Virus record (IMG/VR): IMGVR_UViG_3300009514_000007
Coordinates: 41,381 to 105,380 of that record
Reading direction: 5' to 3' (one strand)
Origin: a virus
Length of the DNA stretch: 64,000 nt
Shown here: piece after piece, positions 30,211 to 41,700 of the stretch
Layout of the letters: each line of letters begins with the position of its first letter
How positions within the stretch are numbered: position 1 is the first letter of the stretch
The notes under the pieces: model-generated
Databases searched by the model: none
What the model saw: the letters and a program-made list of their open reading frames with translations, nothing else
Told to the model about the DNA's origin: nothing
Program-made: the position numbers and the translations under genes

Positions 30211-33200
30211 ATGCCTCGTAGTGGAGATCCGAAAGACATCCGAGTAGGCACTGGTAAGGCAAACCAGGCGTCGGTCGATGCCAATTCGTTCACGCAGGAT
30301 CTTGCGGTGGGGGCGGGTGGCAAGCACGGGGTCAAGGCGCACGTCAATGACCCCAAGGGAGCCCACCCGGCTTCGGCGATCTCGACTACAACGACCCAAG
30401 GATTCTACGACAGCGAGAGTGTGCAGGGCGACCTGGACGAGCTTTCCAGTTTGATCCCTCCGCGTCCCCCCGTGATTGGCGAGTACCTGACCAACCTCGG
30501 CACCATCTTGTCGGGATCGGACGCCCTCAACGGTATCCCTGATTGGGGACATTTCAAGCTCGCTGATGCGGGACACATCGCTCGCGGAAACGTGGTCCCT
30601 CCCGTCCCGGCGACGCCCAACGCTGACGCGGACGTGTACCCGTACTATCACTTTGCTCCGCTGTACGCGGACGACACTCCGCCGTTCACCTTGCCTGGTA
30701 ACGACCCGGCCACGGACCCGACGTTCAACGTGGATCCAGCAGGCACGGGCGACCCCACCTACAAGGGGGGAGGCCCCGGCAAGGCGCACCACGGCGGCTT
30801 CACCCGTGGCCCGGCCGGTGGCATTGGCACGTTGGGGCCGGTGATTGAATCGGCTCGTCTGATGGACACGAGCGGCGGCGCCTTCCGGCCCATCGTCGTT
30901 TCGGGAATGGTTTACCCGGCCGACCGGGGGGTGCTCGCGCTCCTTCACTGGCCCGCAGATGGGGACATTGGCGATTTCCTGGCGCTCGACCTTACTGACC
31001 GTTGCCCCGCCGCCCTTCTGCTCGGCCAAGGCATCTTGGACGAGTGTGATGGTGAGCCCGGCAAGATTTTCTCTGAGGGTGACCCAGACATCCTTGCTTA
31101 TCCCGGCCGTGCCTCGGGCCAGTACGACCTCGTAGAGCTTCACACGGGCTTGGAGGGCGGCTCAGGTCCGGCCCTTCCGCCCCCCTTCGATGTGGGTGCC
31201 CCCTCCGCAGGGCAGGTCCGGCTCGGCATTGACCCCGATGCAGGGGTGACTCCGGTGACGGGCGGTATCCCGATCCTCGGTGGCACCACGAATTCCCTCG
31301 GAGCGGACGGCAACCCGTACACTCCCTCGGGGAACGACAACAATTTCTTCCGCTACCGGCTGCCGTACCTTGAGGACTACACGGCTGGATCGGGACCGAC
31401 TTACACGCCCATTGCTGAGCGGCCGAGGTATTTCTCCAAGCCTGACGTGGCCGAGGACTACCTCGTGGATCTTACGCAGGCCGGGGATTACCCGAACCTG
31501 CCCGATGACTACTGGCATTTCCAGATCGCTCGTTACCGTCACCAATTCAATTTCATCGAGAACGCACCGCTGCCACCGTTTGCGATCGATGCCGGTTCTT
31601 GGATGCTCCTGCATTTCAAGAAAGAGGCGGACTTTGAGGCGTTCGTGCGTGATGGCATCTTGCCGGATGACGCGACGTTCGGGTATGAGCTTTGGAGCGC
31701 GGGTCTGGCTGATTTTGCGGGCGGGCCGGAGAGCACGGACAACATCGCCGACCCGACAACTCCGTTCGACACGTCGGAGGGCTACCACGTTCTGCGTGCG
31801 GCGACGATGGAGGACCCGACCGCCAACGTGATCACGTCACCCGCCAAGAGCTTCACGTTCACGGCCACTGTGGACGAGGTAACGATCATTTCGGGCGTGC
31901 AGTATTTCGTGCCCGGCACGATCGGCGCGCAGTGGACGATTGATTCGCTGAGTCATATCATCGACCCCGGCGCCTGGACGTATAACTATCACCTTGGACG
32001 CTCTGCGCCGACACCCGCCGAGATCACGCCAGGGATGGAAGGGCAGTACCCGATGTTCCTGTACCTCGGCATGTTCGCCGCCGAGCTTGGCAACATCAAT
32101 GAGCCTACGGCTACGGCTTCGTTCGACGGGGACGAGTACCTGCAACGCCTGGAATTCCGCTATGACACGCTCGATGCTGCTTCGGGACACGGCACCTTTG
32201 ACCTGACCAATGGACCGATCGCCGGGGACAACATGACCCTGGCTTTGTTTGCGGGCGATCCCATGACGTTCGCTGGAGACACGAGCGTCCCCCACTTTAC
32301 GACCGACGCCCGGATCCGATCGTTTGTGCGCAAGCCCTTGGGCCAGGATGTGCCGGCCGAAACGGCTTTGGAGACTCTGTTTGATCGGCCTGCTGGTAAC
32401 GGTATCCTATTCCACACGACGGGCCAAAATCCCGGTGGCGGCGCAGGGGAGTACGGCAATTTCCTGACGGGTGGTGTCCCTTCCCCGGCTCGTGCGAGTT
32501 TGGAAACGGCCCTCAAGGACGTGCAAGAGCGGTTCTTGGACGAGGTATACCGCTTCCGGGCCGCAGCCTTGGAGCTTGCAACCATTGACCCCACTTGGGA
32601 TGGCGCACGCGGAAATCTCCGAGGGCCGGGGTTGCCTTTCGCTGCGGCCCCGCAGGATGTTCCTGTCCGCATCGGTACGGTGGGGGTTCCTTGGGATGCG
32701 GCGTCGTGGGTCCAACAGGGCAATCATCTCCTCGACCTCGGTTCGGCGGCTCCTGTCGCGGTTGAGGCACAGGTTGGCGGTTTGCCGGATCGTAACCCCC
32801 CGATCACGGACGGTGTGGTAGCTCCGGTCCCGTCCTCGGGCATCCTGCTCTACCCGCAGACGGACTACACGACCGGGTTCCGGCCATCCAATCCCACCGA
32901 CATCACGACCCCTCAATTCGATTACACCGTCGTCGCTGAGCCACAGCGCGAGTACATCCGTGTGCTCGATGCCTCGTACTCGCGTGATGCGACGCCCGAA
33001 CCGGGAGTGGTCGGCCAGAACATCGTCAAGTTCCGCATCGACGGATTGCGCCTGGTTGATTTCGCTTGGGTGCCTCCCGCCGGTCCTCCGCACGGTTCCA
33101 ATGAGATCGCCATCTTGTGCAAGGTGCCAGGTCTTACCTCGTGGATGGATCTCGGCCGTGTCGATGGGGCTGGACCTTCCAAGCAAGACCCGTTGAACGA

Positions 33201-33465
33201 CGGAGCAGGCTGCCAGGTTGTCGGCCCCGACACCTTCGACGCCCGTGACCCGGCTACCGGCATTTGGTACAGCCAAGTGAAGGTCAACGTCGGGCCGGCT
33301 GCGGCGCTGTTCCTGAACAGCTTTGGCGAGGCGCCGATCATGGTGTGGGCGATCGTCAAGGCAGCCGGAGCAACCCTGAATTTCCAGCAAGGGGGTACGG
33401 GCGGCACCACGAACGACGTGCGTGGTCTGATCGGTATTGAGGTGCTGCGACCGGGAGTTTCCTGA
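30211..33465 (+). CDS. Virion/tail-fibre-associated protein (1084 aa)
   Basis: N-terminal HVNDPKGAHPASAIS...SVQGDLDEL motif typical of trimeric fibre proteins; in the structural operon. Confidence 0.65.
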   Translation: MPRSGDPKDIRVGTGKANQASVDANSFTQDLAVGAGGKHGVKAHVNDPKGAHPASAISTTTTQGFYDSESVQGDLDELSSLIPPRPPVIGEYLTNLGTILSGSDALNGIPDWGHFKLADAGHIARGNVVPPVPATPNADADVYPYYHFAPLYADDTPPFTLPGNDPATDPTFNVDPAGTGDPTYKGGGPGKAHHGGFTRGPAGGIGTLGPVIESARLMDTSGGAFRPIVVSGMVYPADRGVLALLHWPADGDIGDFLALDLTDRCPAALLLGQGILDECDGEPGKIFSEGDPDILAYPGRASGQYDLVELHTGLEGGSGPALPPPFDVGAPSAGQVRLGIDPDAGVTPVTGGIPILGGTTNSLGADGNPYTPSGNDNNFFRYRLPYLEDYTAGSGPTYTPIAERPRYFSKPDVAEDYLVDLTQAGDYPNLPDDYWHFQIARYRHQFNFIENAPLPPFAIDAGSWMLLHFKKEADFEAFVRDGILPDDATFGYELWSAGLADFAGGPESTDNIADPTTPFDTSEGYHVLRAATMEDPTANVITSPAKSFTFTATVDEVTIISGVQYFVPGTIGAQWTIDSLSHIIDPGAWTYNYHLGRSAPTPAEITPGMEGQYPMFLYLGMFAAELGNINEPTATASFDGDEYLQRLEFRYDTLDAASGHGTFDLTNGPIAGDNMTLALFAGDPMTFAGDTSVPHFTTDARIRSFVRKPLGQDVPAETALETLFDRPAGNGILFHTTGQNPGGGAGEYGNFLTGGVPSPARASLETALKDVQERFLDEVYRFRAAALELATIDPTWDGARGNLRGPGLPFAAAPQDVPVRIGTVGVPWDAASWVQQGNHLLDLGSAAPVAVEAQVGGLPDRNPPITDGVVAPVPSSGILLYPQTDYTTGFRPSNPTDITTPQFDYTVVAEPQREYIRVLDASYSRDATPEPGVVGQNIVKFRIDGLRLVDFAWVPPAGPPHGSNEIAILCKVPGLTSWMDLGRVDGAGPSKQDPLNDGAGCQVVGPDTFDARDPATGIWYSQVKVNVGPAAALFLNSFGEAPIMVWAIVKAAGATLNFQQGGTGGTTNDVRGLIGIEVLRPGVS

Positions 33466-36400
33466 TGGCTGATTTTTCAGATTTCGATGCCGAAACCCTA
33501 GAGCGTCTGCGTAAGGCTCTCGACAAGGCCGTGGAAACCGGCCAGGGCCGTCAGCCTTGGCAGGAGCTTTTCGACCGCGAGACCTCGGCGTTTTCTGAGG
33601 GGGTCCTGAGCAACGACATTATCCAGGGTCTCTCGGGCTCATGGGCAGCGTCGTACAACTTTGCGTGGGGCGCCGGGACCACGACCGACACCGTGCCGAC
33701 GCAGGCTGCCGACCCAAACATCCCGGCACCGTTGCGCGCCCGCACGAGCAAGTTTGGCCGACGTGGCGTGCCGGACATTGATTTCGTCCCCTACAACTGG
33801 AGGACGAACCGCTTTTCGATCAAAGGGCCTGCTCTGGTCGGGAACCCGATTTCGTTTGAGCCCTTTGGGCCGACCCTCAAATCCGAGGGGATGGACTGGA
33901 CGTGGGAGATCGTGCCGGGCGCCGGACCCAACGGTGGCGACCTTCTGACGCAAACGGATCGTCCAGACGGTGCGAGCCCGGCGGCGATCTCGATCGAACA
34001 GATCTACAACACCGGCCCGTGGGTCATTGGTGGTGCAGGGGAACCCAACGGCGGGCTGTACCTGATCTTTTCAGACCCCGGCGAGTTTGACGGTGCTCTG
34101 CCCGGCGGTGCTTCGGCACCCTTGGACCCGTTGCCTGCGTATTTCGATGTGGCGAGGGTTGAGATTTTCCGCGTCAGTGAAATGCTCAACGACGTAGCTA
34201 GCGGCCGAGCACAGATTGAGCTTCACCCGAGCAAGCCGGTCGGCAACTACTTTGATCTTCCGGCAGCGCGGAGTGTCCGGGCTGTCACATTGTTCCAGCC
34301 TTACGCGAGTAGGCTCGCCGCGATCCCCGAATCGGGAGCAGGTGTTGGCCGCGAGCGTGTGTTCCAGGTGGTCTCGCCTGTTCGCGCGGCGGCTTCTGAC
34401 TACTACCCTCCCTACGACGGCGGTACTTTGGGCGATGGGACGTGGCTGCAAGGCGGCTTCCCTTCGCACCCCGCAGGTTGGGATCCTGGTACGGCGGCAA
34501 CGTGGATGGGCAAGGCAGTGTTGCCTTGTCCGTTGCCGCTCCGCGAGACCCAAGGGACGGTCGAGAAGCTGGCGCCGTTCACGATTTCGTCGGCGGAAGC
34601 GGGTACCTCCAAGATTTTCAACGTCGCCGACGTGGACCCAACCGATGTAGGCCGGGTCATTCGGATCTACCACGTCGATTCGGACGATGGGGATCCGTTC
34701 AACACCGGAGACGTGACTAAGATCCTCGGGTGGTTTGAGGTACTGGCGATCGACGCTGACATTTACACCATTCGACACGTCCCCGACATCCCGCCGTTGA
34801 CGGGGCAGGTGTTTCATGGGCAGGTCACACACGCCAACGTAGGCACTCCTTTCATCCACGTCCGCTTCACCGTCCACGACCCGGTGTCCGAAATCTTCCA
34901 AGGGGATTTCGACCATGACAAGGTAGAGGCGTGTCGGCTCAAGCATCTGATCGACCCCCATTTGGTCGAGCGTTTCGGCAAGAAGCGGGTCGCACAGTCC
35001 CCGGCTCTTTCGGCAGGGTTCAATCCTGGCCGTGGGGATCGGGCCGCGTTTGGGACCGTCTCGATCACAAGCGGCCCTGCTCCGGGTCAGGTTGAGAATC
35101 CCGGCAACCTGCTCGACCTCGGCTTTCGCATGGTGCTGTTTCCGGCCAAGGACGACGGCAGCGGCAACCCCATTCCTGATTTCGACAAGCCAATCGACTC
35201 TCTGGAGGCGGTGATCGACCCCGACATCACCGAACAGCAATTCCTTGAGATCGACTACTCGGCAGGTGTTGTGACCCTGAGCCACCCGCCGCCCGATGCC
35301 CCGCGTGTCGGGGGCCTTGGTCAAATCATCCCGAACGGGATCATCGGTGGCGTAGGTACGACGAACCCACGCGAGGAAGCCGTGTTGTTTGCCTCGTGCG
35401 TCCCCTACTCGCGTGAGCCGCAGTCGAATGCACCGGGCATCCGTGCCATCGTCCGCAACCCCGATGGGAACAACGAGCACGTTGACGTATTCAGCAATCG
35501 GATCACCGCTCAGATCGACCTGCTTGCTACGACCTTCATCGCAGCCGCACCTTGGATCGATGAAGCGACGGGCATCGTGCTCACGGGCACATGGGGTGGT
35601 CCACAGACGGGAATCATCGACATTATCGACGGTGACATCGGGGATGTCAGTATCGGGACGTGGGCTTATACGCAAGTTGACTCGGCTGGCCCTGGAGTGG
35701 ACACGCTCAGACTCGTATCCAGTATGAGTGGAGCGGCGGATCCCTCGGCATTTGGTCCTCGCATGACCGTCGTGTTGCGCCGGGAGGCGCGAACCTCGAT
35801 CAACCTCACGCCGGACAATTCGTTCGACGTTGACGACTACCGCTTCGACACGACCTATGGGAGCACAGCGCGGTTCAACACCATGCGCTTCGGGTCCACG
35901 GCAACGCCTTACATCGACGGCTCCGTGCTGATTACCTCTGGTGGGGGTGGCGCTGGCCTCGCAGAAGGGTTCCCTCAATACTACATCGACCAGGCAGCCT
36001 CCAGCGACTCTAGTCCGATTTTCACTGACATCGTGGGAGCCTTTGCAGCTATTGGGGCGCTTCCGGTGCTCCCCGGCCCCGTCCACCCCATCGAAAACAC
36101 TCTGGCTTTGCCGGGGTTCACTGACATGGGGTCTTTCACGACCGGCGTGTACTCGTTGATCAATACGAACCTCAAGGGCACGGGGCTTCCGGGGGGTTTC
36201 TTTGGGGGCGACAATCCCTTTGTGTTTGCGTCTGGTGGGGTGGCGGTCCTGGAGGACATACGATCGTTCAAGGGGATCACGATCGGGAAATTTGGCTTTC
36301 ACGCTGCGCCCACGTTCACGTTTCCGTCTAATGACTATGTTGTGTGGGACGATGTGGCTACCTCGTCGCCCACTAATGGTCCTCCAGGGGCCGCACCTTT

Positions 36401-37076
36401 CGATGCTTCGGGCTTTTCCCATCGCTTGCGTGCAACTAAGACTTTCATGGACGCCGCCACATGGGATGTCGGCGGGAGCTTGGAAATCGAGCTTGAGAAC
36501 GACAATCAGATTGCCCCTGGCGCTATCGGAGGGGGTGGGTTCTGTTTGATCAAGATCAAGGGGTCTGGGAATCACGTCAATACCGCTCAATCCGTGGGCA
36601 CGCTCGACATCGACATCGGGGACGCTTTTGCTTCTGGCGGCGCAAAATTCAGCGGGGCAGAAGCCGTTACGTTCGGAGCCGGGCCACTTACGTGGTCGGG
36701 GGTTGGAACCTGGCAGTTGCAACCTGGAGGGGCCATCGTGGGAAGCCCACCCCCCGTTCCCGGCGCCTCCCCGTTGGTGTCTGCTGCACGGCCCATGCGG
36801 GGAATCGTGCGTGGGATCCATGTGCAGACCGGCACTGCCAGTCCGCCGGGTGATTTTGACGTGTGGATCTTGGAAAGCGGAGTGATCAAGTATTTGGAAG
36901 GCCCCTTCGATTCGGGCCTTGCTGCGGGATTTGGCACCTACCTCTCCACTACCTTTGGTGAGATCGTCGGGACTGGATTTGGCGGAGCGCCGATGGCAGT
37001 TTGGATCGACGTGAATCCCTCGCATTCGGGCGCTGGTGGGTGGGATTTCATCAATGTCACCTTCTTTGTGAAATAG
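33465..37076 (+). CDS. Large virion structural protein (1203 aa)
   Basis: TGATG coupling; Gly/Pro/Asp-rich beta-type composition; ends in aromatic-rich WDFINVTFFVK. Confidence 0.75.
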   Translation: MADFSDFDAETLERLRKALDKAVETGQGRQPWQELFDRETSAFSEGVLSNDIIQGLSGSWAASYNFAWGAGTTTDTVPTQAADPNIPAPLRARTSKFGRRGVPDIDFVPYNWRTNRFSIKGPALVGNPISFEPFGPTLKSEGMDWTWEIVPGAGPNGGDLLTQTDRPDGASPAAISIEQIYNTGPWVIGGAGEPNGGLYLIFSDPGEFDGALPGGASAPLDPLPAYFDVARVEIFRVSEMLNDVASGRAQIELHPSKPVGNYFDLPAARSVRAVTLFQPYASRLAAIPESGAGVGRERVFQVVSPVRAAASDYYPPYDGGTLGDGTWLQGGFPSHPAGWDPGTAATWMGKAVLPCPLPLRETQGTVEKLAPFTISSAEAGTSKIFNVADVDPTDVGRVIRIYHVDSDDGDPFNTGDVTKILGWFEVLAIDADIYTIRHVPDIPPLTGQVFHGQVTHANVGTPFIHVRFTVHDPVSEIFQGDFDHDKVEACRLKHLIDPHLVERFGKKRVAQSPALSAGFNPGRGDRAAFGTVSITSGPAPGQVENPGNLLDLGFRMVLFPAKDDGSGNPIPDFDKPIDSLEAVIDPDITEQQFLEIDYSAGVVTLSHPPPDAPRVGGLGQIIPNGIIGGVGTTNPREEAVLFASCVPYSREPQSNAPGIRAIVRNPDGNNEHVDVFSNRITAQIDLLATTFIAAAPWIDEATGIVLTGTWGGPQTGIIDIIDGDIGDVSIGTWAYTQVDSAGPGVDTLRLVSSMSGAADPSAFGPRMTVVLRREARTSINLTPDNSFDVDDYRFDTTYGSTARFNTMRFGSTATPYIDGSVLITSGGGGAGLAEGFPQYYIDQAASSDSSPIFTDIVGAFAAIGALPVLPGPVHPIENTLALPGFTDMGSFTTGVYSLINTNLKGTGLPGGFFGGDNPFVFASGGVAVLEDIRSFKGITIGKFGFHAAPTFTFPSNDYVVWDDVATSSPTNGPPGAAPFDASGFSHRLRATKTFMDAATWDVGGSLEIELENDNQIAPGAIGGGGFCLIKIKGSGNHVNTAQSVGTLDIDIGDAFASGGAKFSGAEAVTFGAGPLTWSGVGTWQLQPGGAIVGSPPPVPGASPLVSAARPMRGIVRGIHVQTGTASPPGDFDVWILESGVIKYLEGPFDSGLAAGFGTYLSTTFGEIVGTGFGGAPMAVWIDVNPSHSGAGGWDFINVTFFVK

Positions 37077-37082
37077 GAAGCC

Positions 37083-37853
37083 ATGCACAAAGCAGATCAC
37101 CAAGATGTGAACCTGGCCGGAACCCCGGCCGGGTGGAGGCGTGTGGGTTTTGTCGATGACCGGGGTATGTCGGTCGTCGCCATGGTTCGGATGGCCTCAG
37201 ATTGGACGGTCGAGGTTCACATTGACGAGACGACCAACACCTGTTTTTGCATTGGCGTGAGCCCGGATGACACGCAGGTGATTGCCGAACGGTGGGTCAG
37301 CGTTCACGGGCCGAGACGCCAGGAGTATGCCGATCTAGCCTCCCAACAGGCAGCGATGTCGGGTAACGATGCGACGACCCTTGACCACGCAGGCATTTTG
37401 TCCGAGTTGCAGAGTACGCTCACAGCCGGAGACACGGCACCGGCTGTACCCTCTCGGACGTTTAATTGGACAACGGTGGATGATTCGCACACGCTCGCTA
37501 GCTTGGCTTCCAACGCCCATCAGTACGGCGACCTTCTTTATTCGGGCTCGGGAGGTGAGGCAGCATGGGGCTTCTCGCTAGGGAACCGCTTTCGATCCAT
37601 GCGGACCAAAGCCGTCTTGACTGACACGCGCTATGTGCTCAAGGACGGGGAGAACGAGATCTTTTTCCTTTACGAGTCCGGTGCCGACTACTTTTTGGAG
37701 GCTTTGCGGTTGTGGGGGGGTAACGACCAACGTCGTGAGGTCACGGTGACCCAACAAAGTGTGATCGATGCCATCGGAGCTAGCCCGGCCCCCTCGGATG
37801 TGGTTGAGCATCTTGAGCCGCAGCTTGTCTACGATCCAAACGCCTTCCCGTAG
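37083..37853 (+). CDS. Hypothetical protein (256 aa)
   Basis: AGGAAG before ATG; fills the gap between structural genes. Confidence 0.7.
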   Translation: MHKADHQDVNLAGTPAGWRRVGFVDDRGMSVVAMVRMASDWTVEVHIDETTNTCFCIGVSPDDTQVIAERWVSVHGPRRQEYADLASQQAAMSGNDATTLDHAGILSELQSTLTAGDTAPAVPSRTFNWTTVDDSHTLASLASNAHQYGDLLYSGSGGEAAWGFSLGNRFRSMRTKAVLTDTRYVLKDGENEIFFLYESGADYFLEALRLWGGNDQRREVTVTQQSVIDAIGASPAPSDVVEHLEPQLVYDPNAFP

Positions 37854-37887
37854 GCCCGAATTCCGGCCTCTAGCGTAGCGTTTTCCT

Positions 37888-37930
37888 GCCTATAGGAGCG
37901 CCACAGGTAGGACACCTGTGCCATGGGCGC
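37888..37930 (+). promoter_or_regulatory. Candidate late promoter GCCTATAGG with leader hairpin
   Basis: GCCTATAGG 37888-37896 and AGGTAGGAC 37905-37913. Hairpin CACAGGT(37902-37908)-AGGAC-ACCTGTG(37914-37920), extendable by GCGC/GCGC pairs. Confidence 0.6.
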
Positions 37931-37948
37931 AGGTACAGTGATCCGGCC

Positions 37949-38749
37949 ATGCGCGTCCTAGTCGATTACCCCACACACGACATCCTCCAGGTGGAGAAAA
38001 CGCCACCGGAGGGCGAAGGGGAGCCCGTAAACGGGAAATACTCGGTTCCGATCCCGGAGGCCGTAACGGTCTACGTGAACCCGGATTCGTTCGTTCTCCC
38101 GTCCTCGGACCCCGGATCGATTGTGGCCCAATCCTACGCCGGATTGCTTGCCGCGTTTCCGCAGTACGAGAACATCCTCTACAACCCTCTGATCGAGGAC
38201 ACGGACATTGACGATCTCGACCTGACGGCGACGCTGAAAGAGGGCCTACCCCCCACCGAGACTCACATCACGAGGGCTCAGGTAGGGCGCGGTACAGGCG
38301 GCCCCTTCACGAGCGGGCAAGCCGCAAATACCACGGCGGTCTTGGCGGCCAACGAGGGGGTGGTTCCGACTCGCCCCGGCGTGCTGATCACGGACACCAT
38401 CGACATCGCTCCCCTCACCATTGATCCGATTACGCTCCTGGCGGTGGGCGCTGACGAATTCGTTGTCTACTGGTATCTCTACGAATTCGAGACGACTGAC
38501 GACATCCGATCCGATTATGGTGCCCAAGCCGGCAAAAATGAACCCGCCCTTCGTCGGATTGTCGAAACCGACCAGGAGCCCTCGGACCTCCAGGTGTTCC
38601 TGTCGATCAACGACGGGGCAACCTACTTTGAGGTTCAGCGGCTAGTGCCGATCGCCTTTTGCGAGCCCGGCACCCTGCTTCGGATTGCATTCAAGAACAA
38701 CAACCCGGACGGCAAAAAGTACATCGCGGCCTACGCAATTCTTTTCTGA
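37949..38749 (+). CDS. Virion structural protein (266 aa)
   Basis: Acidic, beta-rich ORF; first gene after the candidate late promoter. Confidence 0.75.
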   Translation: MRVLVDYPTHDILQVEKTPPEGEGEPVNGKYSVPIPEAVTVYVNPDSFVLPSSDPGSIVAQSYAGLLAAFPQYENILYNPLIEDTDIDDLDLTATLKEGLPPTETHITRAQVGRGTGGPFTSGQAANTTAVLAANEGVVPTRPGVLITDTIDIAPLTIDPITLLAVGADEFVVYWYLYEFETTDDIRSDYGAQAGKNEPALRRIVETDQEPSDLQVFLSINDGATYFEVQRLVPIAFCEPGTLLRIAFKNNNPDGKKYIAAYAILF

Positions 38750-38758
38750 GGACCACAA

Positions 38759-41700
38759 ATGGCTGATCTTGGCAACGGCGTATCGCGCACCCTCTCCGCT
38801 CTCATGCGGCAGTTCCAGCTTGTCGTCTACCAACGCGGCAAGCCCCCGCTGGACTCGGAGCACAACCTGCTCCAACAGATCCAGAACGAGACGGCCGCCA
38901 ATTGGGTGCGGAGTCAGATGCCCTCGGGCTTTTTCCTTGACCCGACTCGACCCCTGGACGATTTCGTAACCGACTCGCTGAACGCCAATCAGTTTCGTTT
39001 CGGCCAACAGAAGCGGAACGACGCGGGAAATGTCGAGGAATTGGCCCCGATCATGTGGGCCAACGTCAACGGCTGGCTCGTCCCGGTTGTTGGCACGAAC
39101 AACCCCGAGTCCAACGCCACTGACAACATCGTGACCCTCAATCCCCCGCCTGACTCGGACACGCGCGTCGATTTCGTGTTCCTTGAGGTCTGGCGGGTCA
39201 ATGTCGCTGCCAACGACTCGACCAAGAACAAGCCAAGCGCGGACAAGATCTGGAAATACGGCAACGTCGAATTCGGCCAAGCGAACATTGACGACGACCT
39301 GACCGATCCGGCCATCGGCTACGAAACGACCGAGCGCGTCCAACTCCAGTACCGGATCCGCGTCGTCGGAGAGGGCTCAGGGGCCGGCGTCAGCCCGGCG
39401 CTCGACGTGTACCCCGATGGTCTGGACGACCCCAACGTGCGCGCTCAGGGGCCGCTGTCGGCTCCCTCGGCCCAAGCCTACGCCGTGTGGACGAACATGC
39501 GGGCAGACCTTGGGGATGCGAGCCTGTGGCGTGCAGGTGACGGCGATCCGGCCAACGATTTCGGGACCGTGGATGGCTATGTGTACGCCATCCCCATGTG
39601 CGGCATCTTCCGCCGCAACAACCAGCCCTACGTGGCGGTGAACACAGCAGGCAACCCGAACCAGAACGGTGCCTTCAATCGCACCCCAAGTTCGGCGCTT
39701 CTGACCAATCCCCGTGACGGAGCCCGGTTGCTCAACCAAGCGGCGTTGGTTAGCGATATGCCCGCCGAGCAATTCACCGTGCTCACCGAGGTTGAGGTAG
39801 ACGGCCTGATCGGTTCGGGCTTTGACGACGCCGGGATCAGCTTCACCAACACATTCCTGGTGATCGATGACGAGGTAATTGCCATCGACTCGATCGACAC
39901 CACCGTATCCCCGGCGCGCATCCGCATTCCAGCGAACGGCCGTGGTCAATGGGGTTCCGATCCGCTCGGACACGCTGGACGTTCGGACCCCGCCGTCGCT
40001 GGCAGCGGCACGGCGATCACGTTTTTCAATACCCGGCCGGACGGCAAGTTTGCCGACGAGGTAGCCCTGGACGACGTATTCGATATGCGTCGCGGGGTCA
40101 ATTTCGGCGATTGGGACTACGAGCGCCTGCTCATGCACAACGCCGCCGCTCTGATGCGCAACCGTTTGCGCTCGACGTGGAAGCAGACGGGTGTGCCTTC
40201 GGGTGACACGGAAGGTGTTACGGTCCACGAGGTTGACTACCTGCTCCAAGACGGGGCGACCGCTGTACCCAACGGCACCGAGGCGATGGATGGCCCTGAT
40301 GGTATCCGTACCGTCTTTTCCGACGCCGCTACCCTGCAAGCCGATGTGACCTCGTTGCTCGACAACGAGGGCACGATGAATTCGGGCTTCATCCAGACCT
40401 TCGATGATCTCGTGTTCTGGGACGCCGGGGCGGATTTCAAGCCCGGCGGCTTTATGAATAACCGGAACAACACCGATCCGGGATTCAAAAACGGCACGAC
40501 GATCTTCATGTACATCGGTGGTGACGACGGCAACGAGGGGGCACGCAAGACCTTCCGTAACGGAGCAACCCGAGCGGTTCGCTACGTCATGCCGCGCGAG
40601 CATTTTGTGAGCCGCCAAGACGACCCCGACACGGGCCGTCAGCATCCGGTCACATTGTCGTGGACGAGCAGTGACCAGCAGAACGCTGTCGCCACGGGGC
40701 CGGGTTCCGGGCTTCAAGCGCTCACCCCGGCTGGTCCCGGTGAGGCAGCCAGTGAGCACCCCGGCGCGATGTACCCTCTGAGCTTCCTCAACTTTGAGAA
40801 GCCCTTTATCGTGCTCGGCGGCGTTATCGAGTCGTCGCTGAACCTCTCGGGTTTGGTCGCGGCCACGCTGCACGACAACACCACGGACCCCGGCACCATC
40901 CCGCTTGGCGAAGGTGAGATCGAGCTTCCCGGCTTCGATTTCGATGCGGTGAACGACTGGTATACGCTCGACACCAATGGTGAGTACGAGCTTACGCCAA
41001 CCGCCAACCTGAGCTTCCCGGTCCTTCGCGGGCAACGGACGCTCTACGATATGCTCACCGCTGGAGGGCGCGACCGCACGGGGTCCTCGTCCGAGGTCTA
41101 CCTGATCCTCTACGGGGACATCGACGCCGAAGAAAACAACGGCGCCTTCCAAGTGATCGGCGCCGGTACGGGCGGCATGACTCAGAAGATCGCGGGCGGG
41201 TCGAACCGTCTCCGAGTCCGTTTCCTGAGTCAGAACGTGACGACCTTCGACGTGACCTCTACCTCCGTCACGATTTCTCTCCAAGTGCGTTCGCAACACT
41301 CCAACGCCGAGGATGGCGGCGGTCAAGCTACGGGTCCGTCCGCCATGACCATCACCCTCACGGATATTCAAGCCGAGGAAGGTGGCGGCGCGAACCCGTG
41401 GAACGAGGCGAACATCAATCCGGGCACGGTCGATGGTAAGACCTTGGAGCAGCCGTTCGACTACAAGTGCCTGGCGAACATGACGCTCCAGTACCACCCT
41501 GGCCGTGGTGCGATGGCCCGCGTTCCCGATCACATCGAGCGGGTGGCGATCCAGCAACCCAACGTCCAGATGCTTCGGCAGTCACGGGCGAATCTCGACA
41601 CGGATTTCCCGGCGCTGACGGGCGCTCCTGGCTCGCCCCCGGAAGCGGAGTTCACGCCCACGCACATTCAAACGTGGAACCGTTTGCCGAGCCTCGGCCA

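Noticed and set aside
16742-41557. Long antisense ORFs (16742-18751, 26726-28237, 34071-37103, 39377-41557; also 52311-54137)
   Set aside because: These are shadow frames of high-GC coding genes, lie fully opposite motif-bearing genes, and have Arg/Val/Gly-skewed sequence with no recognisable motifs.
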